Assembly: GCA_965153455.1 (NCBI GenBank)
Contig: OZ234494.1
Coordinates: forward strand, 4,216,001-4,280,000
Source of the DNA: Sphagnum compactum
Taxonomy: Eukaryota
DNA: 64,000 nucleotides
Reading direction: 5' to 3'
Position 1 is the stretch's first letter, and each line of letters starts with the position of its first letter. Of this stretch, positions 25,031-37,900 are shown in pieces. The notes beneath the pieces are model-generated. The model made no database searches and was not told the origin of the DNA. It was given only the letters and a program-made list of their open reading frames with translations. The position numbers and the translations under genes were made by a program.

Positions 25031-28000
25031 TCTTGACATTTACAGGTTTGAGGACAATGATCAAGGTAGAATAATGGATCATTACATGATGTAATCTGTC
25101 GATTCAGACCACTCCGGTTTGTTCTTAATCTGCCCCCCAAAGACATTATACTCCAGTAAAATCTGCAAAATAATTTTGGAAATAGATCTTTGGGCATTTT
25201 CATCATGGAATTGTGCCTGTTCTACCCCCCAAGAAAACATCAGTTTTATTTAATGTTCATTTATTTAGACACCTGTGCATTAGGCATATCATCCGTCTCG
25301 TCATCCATCCGTCCGTCCCGTCATCCATCCATGGATGGCATCATACAAGGAAAAAAACCCTGGCAGAAATAAATAACCCCCCCCTGCCCATGTGTCGCTG
25401 TCTAGGAAAGGCATGCCCGGCCCCAGGGGGGTCTGATATCAATATTAGACCAAAAGGGCCAAATACACCCTGACGTGCACCTAGAAAACCTGAAAATTGC
25501 AATTCCAATTGAGGCAAGTAGTTTCATTTTCCCTCCCTCTTGAGTTCCCTCTTTAATTGTTGTTGTTTTTGTTTTCTTGCAATCAAGTTTGGCAGCCTAT
25601 CTATCATTGACAAAGAATCTTATTTAGGTGGAGCTGAGGGGCCATTATTTGTTTTTGAAAAAACTTCACACCGAAGGTAAATTATCCTCTGTCAAGCAAA
25701 GCACAAGCAGATTTCACAAGAATTTTTTTTAAATAATTAAAAAATAGAGATGGGTAGTTTTAAAAATTGAAATGCCCTAACCTTTGTAAAGAATAGATTC
25801 CACTTGATAATGTGCCCTCCAGATACACTAAAACAATTTTGCCAAGTGCTTTACAAATTTGAGGCCATTTATTATTGGCTAAAGTGAACCAACAGCCAGC
25901 AGCACACACCACAAAGGTGGGATGGATGATGGTAACAAGCAGTGCAAACATCAAAATTTTCAATGGTCAGGGTCCCAATAGATACATGCGAAATGTCGTA
26001 TATAAAGAGGTTTTGGAAATGTAGTTTGTAATTGTAATTTTGTAATATGTATCGTCAAATGCACACAAACTTGTGCATTAGGCACGGGGTTCAAACTAAT
26101 ATATAGTAAAAGACGTCGTGAAGCTTCTCCTGAATCCGTCTGTCCCGTCATCCATCCGGACGGATGCAACTATGTCATCCCCACTATTTAAAATAGAAGC
26201 ATAGGGGCTTCCACGTGACACATCATTTTAGCTTATATATGTGACAATCAAAAAAGAAAACCACCAAAAGAGAAGGGCCATTGTGTTCAAATGTAAGTTA
26301 ACTCCCATTTTAGAAAGTATCTTCTTGGCAGGCCAACTAGGGCTCATGCAAACCTGTCTAGACAGAAAAGCACCACCTCATGAGCAAAAAACCCCTCCTT
26401 CAACCTGGAATAAAAATGTTGTGCCCTCCTCAATCCATGCTATGGAATTAAAGGGAGGTGCTATTGGGAACACCCTTAAGGAACCCGTTGGGAACTTGAA
26501 AGGAACATGTTGAGAACAAAGGAAAAATGAAAAAAAAAAATCCTTCCCCCCCAACCCAAAGCTTAAAAAATTTGGGCCTTTTGAGTGCATGCTGAGCCTT
26601 CCCATTGGCTGCATGAAATTTTCTATTTCCAAAATTGTTCGTCACCATATAAACTGGGGGTACTTATTTAGTATTAAGGATGCCATATTTACCAGGGTTA
26701 GAAGCATCCTAAAAAATTTTAGGGTTTTTACCAATGTAGGTGCCGGTTCACCCTTCACAAGTATGGGATTAAAGCAAGGTGCTAGTGGGAACACCCTTGG
26801 GGAACAAAATGGGAACTTTGGGAACACATCAGGAACCTGATGGGAACTTGAAGGGAACAACAGAAAAAGGAAAAAAAAATCCTCCCCCCACCACCCAAAA
26901 TTTAAAAAAAAAATCAAGGCACCTTGAGTGCATGCTTCAGCCTACCCATTGGCTGCATGTATTTTTGGTACCCCCTTTTACCAAGCACACCATACCCCTT
27001 GGGAACATCTTGGGAAACACATTCGGAACTTGGGGGAACATGTTGCTCATGCCATTGGGAACTTGTGAGGAACACACTGAGAACATAACATGGTGGGAAA
27101 TACCAAAATCCAAAAAAAACAAACTCCACGCAGGGTGAGGTCCTCTGGCAGGGAAGGGCATATCCTGACCACAGATCTCCATTAATCGCAGCCACCCATC
27201 TGCTGAAGATAATGAATCTCTTGTGGGTTTGTGCTACATCCCCTGTGGAAACTCGAAACCTACTGCTTGCTACTTGTTATCCATAAAGTACCCCAAACTG
27301 GGGGTAATTGGTGCCCAGTTTTGAATGAAAAAAACTGGGCACTAAATCACAAAAAAAAAGTCAGGATGGAAAACAGTATACAAGGGCTAAACATACAAAA
27401 AAGGCGACCAAATTGGTTGGTTTCCTCTCACCTGAATTGGTCCTCACAGGAGTTTCACACCCAGTTTTCTGTTGTGCCTCATATGCATCTTCTTCACTCA
27501 CTGTCTGCTCATATACTCTTTCATAATTAAATCAAAGTATTTTCAGAATATAAAAATCGTGTGAACTGATACCCAGTTTCATGTTCTGTTGCTTTTCCAT
27601 CAATTGTGTGCCTTCATTTGTTACAATCTTGCTTGGACTAGCTCCTGGAGCATCTATCTGTGTGTCCAAGTAAGTGGGTATCTGTGTGCTGGAAGCTTTT
27701 CTGGTTTCAGAAGGGGATTCAATCCATCTCGAGAGTTGTCTTCCAACTCTTTTTTCAATTTGTATCAGGACAGATGTCTTTTTTTTTGGTTCCCCCTCGT
27801 GAAAATCAACTCTTTAGTGTTTTTTTTAGTTTTGCAACAGCTGCAAGACTAGTCCTGGTCTTTCATTTACTAACCGCCTCTTTGTTCTGCTTCAAAAAAA
27901 TTTACGTGGGTACTTCGATTCTTCCTCGTTCATTGACCGTCGTATAAGCTTCTTTCATTTCACTCATTGGGTGTTTTTAATATGGAGGCCTGATAATTCG

Positions 28001-28078
28001 CGAAATACAGTTTTCAGGAACAGTAGAGGAATTCGGGGAGATAGGGTCTCAGAAACACTAGTTGATTCATAGCTTGCA

Positions 28079-30727
28079 ATGATCCGTCCTTTGATAGAAT
28101 ATTGGCGGGACCAGAATTTCTGGTCCACACTGTCTGGATCTTTGCTCACACTCCTTTTCATGTGGGTTGCTTATACTGCTGTGGGGATGGTAGACAAGTT
28201 TGTGGTGACTCCCATGAGGATGAAGAGGGTGATGAATAGTCAGGGATTGAAAGGGCCACCCGCGAATTGGCTCCTGGGGAACATGCCTGACCGCCTTAGG
28301 CTTGAGAGTGCAGAATCAGAGAAGATTATGAAGACTGGCGACTACGATATTATGCCTCATGTTCTACCTTTTTATACTAGGAGTTGTCAAGCTTATGGTG
28401 AGTTTTCATGAAATCCCATCTCTCTCAGGTCTCAGAGCGCAGGACGTCCCTCTCAGAGCTCTATGTGATGGACACTAGTAGAGTTATCTGTAAACTCACC
28501 TGCTCTTTGGACCTTTGTTTGACCCTGTTTGTGATGTCCAAACTGGGTAATGGACATCACTAATTTTGACAAAACTGGAAGAATGCCCCCAGTTTGAGGT
28601 ATTAGGTGTATGGATAACTCTTGTACCATATAGAAAAGTTCAATCAGATTCTTGACTTGAGTAAATGTGAATGATGGCATGGCAGGAAAGACACATTTTT
28701 GGTGGCTAGGATGGGAGGCAAGGATCGTGATAACAGAACTTGATCTTGTCAAAGAAATTCTTGCAAACAAGAATGGTTGTTATGAAAAGTCTCAAATACA
28801 ACTTCGATTTCAAAGTCAACTTCTTGGTAAAGGGCTAGTGACAACTAATGGAGAAGAATGGGTTACCCATCGTCAAACTGTGACCCCTGCTTTCCATCAT
28901 GAAAAGATCAAGGTGCAATTTCGGGAACATGCGTGATGTATGTCCAAGAACAATACATAGGTGAAGGTTGCTTGCACCAAGGAGGTCCAAAAGAATAAAG
29001 AGGATAAAAGCAACAAACCTTTCTCATGTGACTCGGAAATACTTTAGATTCATTTGAAAAGGTTGAGAACACCACCAAGAGTCCTAAAACTAGTCCATCT
29101 TTTTGGCTTGTGTAACCTATAAGTTATGTAATGGATTCCATGACAAAGAGTGATATGGTATCATAGGTGCCTACCTATTCCTTTGATTGATGTACAGTGC
29201 AGAATCTAATCTAGATGTGAATTTTTTATTATTGATATAGACCACATGAATTTGAACATTTTACGTCGGACTATGACTTTGTGCACAGGTAATGGTAGCA
29301 GCAATTGCAAAGAGTGCATCATCAATGGCAGATGAATGGGAAACAAAAGTGATGGATGGTGGGGGCTGCGTGGAACTAGAAGTGGGTGATTACATGACAC
29401 GCGTGACAGCTGATATAATTGCACATACCGCTTTTGGAAGTAATTATGAAAGAGGAAGTAAAGTTTTTGATCAACAACTTGCACTCATCGATTTACATGG
29501 TCAAAGAGCCATGCAACGACTTGTTGCCATACTAGGATACAAGTTATCTCATTCATTTTTTTCTTATTCTTTGAAACTATTTTGATCTCGAGTAGTTTAA
29601 TTTGGAATGGACAAAGTACCAAATTTAACTTTGCTAAGTGGTCGTATGTACTTTAAGAACATAATTCATTCATATGATATAGTTCATGCAATGAATACCA
29701 TGAAAATAGTGAGTCTTCAAGTGTGCAAAAATTATGATTTCATTGTGTGGTGAAAATTCTAATGTAGTTGTGTATGTGTTTTGCAGCCTTCTTCCCACAC
29801 CATTAAACATTCAAATATTTGAGACCCAAATGGCAATTTCAAATTCTTTACAAGAAATTATTCAATCAAGGAAGGACATGGTGAATAAAACCAAAAAATC
29901 TTCATATGGAGATGACCTATTGGGTCTAATGCTCACTACGACATTAGAAGAAAATAATTCACAAGTTGAAAAGGCCCAATTTGACATGCAAGCATTGATC
30001 GATAACTGCAAGACCTTTTTCTTTGCAGGACATGGAGCTTCAGCAACTCTTCTCACATGGACCATGATGTTATTGGCATCCCACATGAATTGGCAAGAAC
30101 TTGCTCGTGAAGAAATCAAACAAGTGTGTGGGCATGGTGATTGTTTGCTTGATGCAAACATGCTCAATAAATTGAAAATTGTAAGTTGAAACTTTTTTCA
30201 CCCCATTTTGGAATTACCATTAGCTCACATCATGGACATATCTAATTGTGTTGTGTGTGTGTTGGATGTTGGTGTAGGTAAAGATGATTCTAAATGAAAC
30301 ACTTCGTTTATTTCCACCTTTTGTGGCCCTCACCAGACAAGCAAATAAAGATGTACAGTTAGGTGGTTGGGACATTCCTAAAGGATTGAGCTTACACATT
30401 CCCATACTTGCCATTCACCATGACCCTGACATATGGGGACCGGATGTACATGAATTCAAGCCAGAACGGTTTGTGAATGGTGTTGCCAAAGCAAACAAAC
30501 ACCCTTTAGCTTTTATGCCTTTTTCATTTGGGCAAAGGTTTTGTGTAGGGCAAGGGTTTACTTTAGTAGAAGCAAAATGTGTGTTAGTTGTGGTGCTTCA
30601 ACGTTTTCGCTTTCACCTCTCCCTCAATTATCGCCATGCACCACATCATAACATTACATTAAAAGCAAAGTATGGTGTGCCAATCGTGTTGGAATGTTTA
30701 TCCATGCCAAATCAATCTCAAGGATGA
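28079..30727 (+). CDS. Cytochrome P450, CYP72 clan (5 exons)
   Basis: N-terminal TM segment, QGLKGPP, GKGLVTTNGEEWVTHR, ADIIAHTAFGSNY, CKTFFFAGH, ETLR, KPERF, heme motif FSFGQRFCVG. The five-exon layout is typical of the CYP72 clan. Confidence 0.92.
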
Positions 30728-33700
30728 CCTTTTAATTAATAATACCTAAATTTTGGTAGGTGTGGTCATAATAATAGGAATTAGGGGTGCTAAGATCAAA
30801 ATATTTTCCAAGGATTACCTTTGAATCATGGCTTTCTTATATTGGTTTTGATTCCAAATTTTGCAATTTGCATATTCATTTTTCAATTATGTGTTAAATG
30901 TGATTATTTTATTACTTCTTGATCTTATATCATGTATATTATGCTTTTTATCACATCTCACATATAAATTAACTAGAACACCATGACAGGGGGGAAAAAC
31001 TCTAGATTAATCAAAGGTTATTTAATGTCAATTTAAAAATATCAAATCTTTAAAGTAATGATTTTTATTTGCATTTTATCTTCCTTTGATTTTTTAAAAA
31101 TAAACTAAATAAATAAAAACTCAAATTTTGATTTGGGATTCCTCTTATGAAGTGTGTTTTCATACTTAATTTAAACAAACGATGTGTTTTTTCATAATGC
31201 AAGATGGGAGACTTCATCCATGTTCTTGATTTTTAGTTTGATTTTTTGTATTATTTTTGCATTTAGACCATGGTGAGTAGGCTAGTGATCTTTGGCTTGT
31301 TCACTCCTTCCCCCATGAGAACTTGCCACGGTCTCCAATACCTTTCACATTGTTATCTAATGTGCATACGATCAACTTTGGGATTGATGTCACCATAGAT
31401 GATGTCCTCTTCAATGACATTGATATGGAAATTCAAACATTACATCCTAATGGAATTCCTTAGTGTGGCTCAAGAAAAAAAGGTTACATTCTCCTTTCTA
31501 CTTTAATACGTGCATGTTGCATTTTTGATGACTTTGTGTTTGACTTCACAACTGGGACATGTATTATTCAATTCAATTTTCAACATCTTTTTAAATTATG
31601 TTTTTTTTTTGTGCTACTTGTGCTCAATTTTATGATTTCCCATTCATGCACGGTTTTCAAGCACTTCCATTAAAGTTTGTCAAGGTGCAAACAAACACAT
31701 CCTTGCTCTTAAGGGAGACAAAAAGTTGTTTGAATTTGTGTTGAAGCCAATGGTTGAATATCACACTCAAAATATTGATGATTCCACCCAATTTTGTGCA
31801 TAAGCTACAAACGACTATGGTCTTGATGATGATGACATGTTTGACATCCCACCTTGTGGTTGTCAAGATTTATTTTGTAAGCAAGTGTTTGTGGGTTTTT
31901 GTTTTCGAAATTTCCCACATTCCAAATTCTTCATTAATCCACATTAATGTTGTTTCAAAATCATGTTGTAATTGACATTTCCATGGCAGAAAAATGATCA
32001 CATTCCTCATTCAAAATTTTCTTGTACATCTAAATCCCTTGGGTGCCCCTAAAAGATTATGGTGCCTTGGATGTTCAACATTGTGAGTCCTCTTACATGA
32101 AGGTTTGTACCATTTTTTGCACAAGATGACTTTCTTCAAAGTTATTCCCAAAGTCCATGGCTATTGGTCTATGCTACCCAATTGGCTAACTTGTATGTTG
32201 CCCAATCAACTTTAACATCTACAACACCATCACCATCACATAAAAGTAATACGCATTGTTACATAGATGGTGAGGCTTATGAGTCTATAACCAGGACAAA
32301 GTTTGGAACATCATATTATGATGTTTCTTAATGCTTATTCCAAACACTTCATAACAATTTCCTTGTGTTTGCCTTTGTTGTGATTTTGATTATGTATTGG
32401 TTCATTGATGCTTTTCATCCATGTTTATTGATCATTTTCATTCCCAATATTTGCCACAAAAAAATGGTTGTTGAATGCCAACTTTAGCTATACTTCATAC
32501 ATATTCATTGTGTGCAAAAAATGATGAGCCTCTTGTAAATTGAATTGTCAATATTTTCATTCCAATTTTTCATCCATTTTATAGTTGGATACAATTTTAT
32601 GCAATAAAGTTGGATAAATTTAATGGATGATGAATGTAGGGAATTGTGCAATGGTTATTCTTATCCATGTTAGTTTTTGTTTCTATCCCATTAAAATGAC
32701 TTGGATTTTTTTGGTAAAATTACACATTAATTATAGGTTCATATTACATCATCCCAAAAAAAAAGTTGGTTATGAAGTTTTGTCAATAGGTTTGTAACCC
32801 TTTGGAATAAATATTCCACAAGTTATACTATGATGTGGAAATTTGTTTGCACCTTTTTTTGCCATTTTTCTTCACATGGATACAATTCACAAGAAATGAA
32901 TAATGGTACAAAAAAATTCAGAAAAATTATCGTTTGTTCAATCTCATTCATGTCATCGAATTCATGAATATGGTGAATTAAATCTACACGTTGAATTTCA
33001 TGCAGATAATAAAGTTATCTGTGATGTAAGACAAACACAACACTAGAACCTTGAGTTTGGTCATACACAAGGTGAAATTTTTAAAAAACCAGCAAATACA
33101 TTAACATTCAATGGGGGCTAAAACTCATAAAACCATCAATTTTGGTGGTAAATTGAATTTCATCTTGTCTTTCCTTTTTCTTGAACACCTCCATTGCTGC
33201 TACATATATTTTCACTGCCCCTACTTGTACAACTACTATAATTATTCTTAAACCTTGTGCATTAAATGTTGAGTTTAAACATTTTGTACTAAGTTGCAAC
33301 ATTTCATATTGTGATTCAATAAAATGTCCAGATTAACAAAATGTGTGCACATGGGATGAGCCATTCAATAGGCATAACCCAAAACAAAAAGAAAAATTAT
33401 GCATAATTTTAAATTTACATGCCTCCCCAACCTACTTATCTACATAGTTAAGTAGGTGTTTAGATTGACCTACCCACCTAGGTTGACCTATGTACCTACC
33501 TACTTAAGTACCTACCCATATGAGTAGGTATTTAGCCTAAGTTTGTAGCCACCTACTTATGTACCTACCTAGGTACCTACCAATCTAATATTAGTATTTT
33601 GTATTTTTTTAATGCCACGTGGCATATCACATTGGGCCACATGTCATATATAAATCATCCAAGCATGTGAATTGAACGTTTCAGAATATTTCAAAATAAT

Positions 33701-34989
33701 AATAGTATTATTATCATTAAATAATTAAATATCGAAACATGTGACAACACATCATTTGTTTTCAATATGATCAAAATAATTGCATTTTAGTTGCATATGA
33801 CGATACATATACAATGGAATCAAAGGATGAACTTATATTTGTTGACTTTTTCGTTCATCCAATACCCCTTGTCGTTTACGGCTAATATCACATGCGACTT
33901 GTCCAAAGCAACTAAAGGCATTTTAGCTGCAAATGTCGTTTGCAACTAAAATTTAGTTGCATAAACCACTCGAAAATAAGTGTTTTTCTTTTAACAGTTT
34001 CATCCCAAGTTAAGGAGCAAAAACCAATTTCATGTCCCATTAGGATTCTTTATTATTTTTTCATGAAAAGCTTACCATTACTACCTAGGTATCAAGCAAA
34101 CATGGGCTTTCGGTGTTGTGTTTATTTGATTTTATGAATAACTCTAATATTTTTCTTTAAAATGGTCATTTAAAATTCCCCTACCATATGTCAATCAATA
34201 ACGACTCGATCTAATTAGATATGTTTCCATGCAAGAATATGAAACTACCATTAAAGGCACCAAAAATGATATACAATTGACATGATATTTCATTAACAGT
34301 GAAATTATTTTGAAAATCAATCGTCAAAAGTTATTTTGAAAACTTTTTTAATGCCTTAAGCTAACCGTTCCAGCTACATGAAGGCTACGTACACATGGAA
34401 ATATGTTTTGACATTTGTACTAAAGTTGTCTAGAAACAAATTTTAGGTCACTATTGAGTCGTTGTAAACTTTTTGTACACCATTTTAATCTATCTATTTC
34501 ATTTTTGTAATACCTTATGGTTATGTAAGGAATTCTAAAATCCACGACCTTCTAGTTCATAGAGGGATTGGCCTACAACATTTGGTGGATCAAAAAATTT
34601 AAATGCATCAGAGATTGTAGTTAACATATCTAGTTCGTGCATTGTGTTTAACTACAATGACTTCAAAAGGAGTTGGGGAACTCAAAATGTGCAGCAAGTC
34701 CTTACCACAATCTATTTTGATTTGCACTTCCATTTCTTTTGTATCAAGCATTTCAATTCTGTGCATTGTGAACAACTTAGTCAGCTATTATGGCAAAACT
34801 AGATCAAGTACCAGGAGAGTTGTTGCATACAGCAAAACTTCAAATAGTAAGGTCTGTTTGTTTAGGAAAATTGCACTTTCCAATAGAAGTGCTGTCTAGA
34901 ATTCTGATTGACATACCTAAGTATATAACACTGCCTACATTCCATACATATGCAAATGATTTACAGAAATTGCTACAACTAGTGCAATC

Positions 34990-37900
34990 TCACTTAACCA
35001 AAATTGGCTCCACAGGTGCTGAGGGTTGGTGTTTCCTTATCAAGTCAGCAACCAAGATAGCTCCACTGTTCTGGACAGGAGGAGGGGGCCCAACTTGCCC
35101 ACCCAATATCTCATGGAAAAGGTTTTCCACTCTTTGGTACCAGTCCATTTTATTTTCGAGCCGCTCCAGAAAGTGACCCTGCTCATGTCAACAACAGATT
35201 CCATATGAGAGCCTTGTCATTCTTGTATTTTTAGAGTCTAGGGGCTCATTAATCATTTTTTATCTTGTGATCTCAAAATAGGTTATTCATCCAACTCTGA
35301 ATGCCACTCTTTGTATAAGCTTTTGTCAGAGAGTCATCCATGCACCTCGTCTTTGTAAATGACATATTGTACAGCCTTCCTCTTATCCTTGAGAGCCTGT
35401 CAAAATAAGATAACAACCCATCATAATCAGTTCCTGGATTTTCCTCCTTTGACACACAGCTGTTCATGGCAGTCCTCTCATGCATGTAACAAACCAATAT
35501 CTGCAGAGCTGAAATTGACAGTACAAATTACAAACAGAAAACCTGTCTTTGGCTGAGAAAGAAGATCTAGGGTAGAGTTTCTAGCACTTATGCTGAGTGC
35601 TAGAACATAAGTGCTAGCACTCATTCCTCTTGAAGAGCTGATTCTGCTATTCCACTAGTGAAGGTAATTACTCAGTTTCAACAAGTTGGAACAAATTTGA
35701 CACTGTCAATTGCTATGAACTTCAAAGCCTGGAACTTGATGGTATGAGTTTGGAATGGAACTGTGATTAAAATGGATAAAACAAGGTGGGGGGTTATTGA
35801 TGTCTATTGACATCACCTCAAACATTCTCTCACTTTCCCCTGGATTTACCACAACATCGTTCTTCCCATGTGCCATAATCAGTGGAACACGTATGTTATC
35901 CACCTGCATAGCACAAGGTAGCAAGAGGTTGAAAATTTGTGTAACCTTCTGTCATACACATATATCAACTTTGTTGTCTAGTCAATACTGCCAATTGACT
36001 TGCATTAACCAATTATTGCTAACACAAATCAAATACTTCAAATCGATGTAGTTCTTCCACATTGGCTTAAGTCATTCAATTTGGTTCAAATAATGTCTCA
36101 GATTCAAAGATCCTCAGCAGAGCTCCTAGAGTTTCCAATTAGGTTTTTCAATGGGACCTAAAAACCTGAAAGAAGTTTTGTATTCTGTGTACTAAATTAA
36201 ACAACCCAACTTTGTTTAGGATCCAAGACCATTGCTTACATGGAAAATGGGAGATTGGGTCTGATTGAGCTGGTGATCCTTTGTGAGGTCTACCACTCTG
36301 TCATTCAATATTTTGCGTCTTGGTTTCCTACACTCACAATTAAAACTACACATATCAGTGTCAAATTATCACCTTCTTGGGTGATGCAAAAGCACCAGAT
36401 ATAAAGCATAATAAATTTTACCATTCCCAAGCTGCCCATCATTGAACACCTCACTTGTCTCACTTGTCTCACCATAAAGTGAAATTGCACCATTGTAGAA
36501 AAAACTTGCATATTGATAGCTACTAGGTACCATCATCTGTGATTCCCATTGTCCATTGCAACACCTGGGCCCTATTGGGAAAGCAATTACCAGTATGGGA
36601 CAATTTTGGTAGTTACAGTAAAAAGCTGTGAAGGGCCCACCAAATCAGCCGCACACTTATAGAGCTCTGCATCATGACCAATGCTTCTGGAAATCAAGTG
36701 CTCTTCTAGTAACTCGAAACAAAGATTCACATATCAGCTCAGGAAACAGAAATTAGCTGTTCACAAGTTCACAATCTTGTCAAAATTCTGGGTTAAGGAG
36801 ACTCTCAGAATAAAGAATAAACCAGCTGAATTATGGTCAGTTTCAACTAGATACTAAAAACTCACATGGACACATTGTGAGGACTTGTATTGCAAGGGCC
36901 AGGAAATCTCGCCACTTTGGCTCAAAGGGGTATGAGGGCACTGCATATAATCATGTAGATTAGACACATTCAAGAATGTTGGAAATTTTACCTGGGGTGA
37001 AGGTAATGCCCGCAAGAGTGCAATATCCCCCAAAGGAAATGCCTGTAATAGCTACTCTATCCCTGTCTGCATAGCCTTCATTAATTGCCCAAAGAACTGA
37101 ATCTGTTATATCATTCTGTCCAATCACCATACAAGGCATTGAAGTCAAGGAGTGTAAGGCACAAGTTCCACTATAAGCCTGCAGATAGGATGACTGGAGG
37201 TCAACACAAAATTCTGACTCCAGACTTACATGCAAAACCCCCCTTTTGTGACTGTTATTTTGGACAACTGATTGATTGGCATGCATTATTCTCAAGCAGG
37301 TAATTTGAAAGTTAGAAACAGGTGGTGAGGAATGATCTCCGTGTGTAACTTTTAACAACAGAACAACCAAAACCATCCATTTTCAGCAATTGCACACAAG
37401 TTTGAAAAAGTGAATGAACAGGTCTAGAAGAACAGCTGTTGTGTAATGGCTAACAATCGTATCAGTGTCCCACAGCATAAGTAAGTCCTGCGGTCAAAAA
37501 CAAATCTTACTCCAACAACATGAACTTACACCACTGTTAGGGACCAAATGGGGCCCACAATCACTAATAACACCAGCATTGTATTCTTAGCTATCTATGA
37601 GAGCAATTTGTCTCTCAAAATCTGAGATCTACAAGCCATTAAGGCAAGCCCCTTGATTCACAAATCCAAGTTTTCAACAAGCACTTCATAGACCCTCTTA
37701 CTTTCATGCTGTTTTTATGCAGACAACCAGATGGGTGGCCACTGTTTTGGATTATGTTAAGTACCTGCATGGCTGCTCCCCACTGCTTGTCACCAGCATG
37801 CAAAAACTTTTTGCCAAAACCATCAGATCCTCTATACTCCACTTGTAGGCATGCTGTTAAGAGGAAGCAAAAAGCTACTGGTGCACATTAGTAGCACATC

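Larger units (their letters stand above)
18946..26761 (+). mobile_element. Composite non-autonomous Helitron (about three head-to-tail units)
   Basis: 5'-end motif (ATAGTAAA..GAAGCTTCCCCTGAATCCGTC) at about 18952, 23080 and 26101. 3' hairpin CCTGTGCATTAGGCACGGGG followed by CTAG|T at 23043-23073 (variant CTAA at 26070-26099). Last end GGTGCCGGTTCACC..CAAG|T at about 26761. Contains a PIF1 helicase remnant. Outer boundaries are inferred. Confidence 0.72.

Noticed and set aside
35581-35625. Nested short inverted repeats (TAGCACTTATG/CATAAGTGCTA)
   Set aside because: Too short for a miRNA or MITE call; likely an intronic footprint or template switch.
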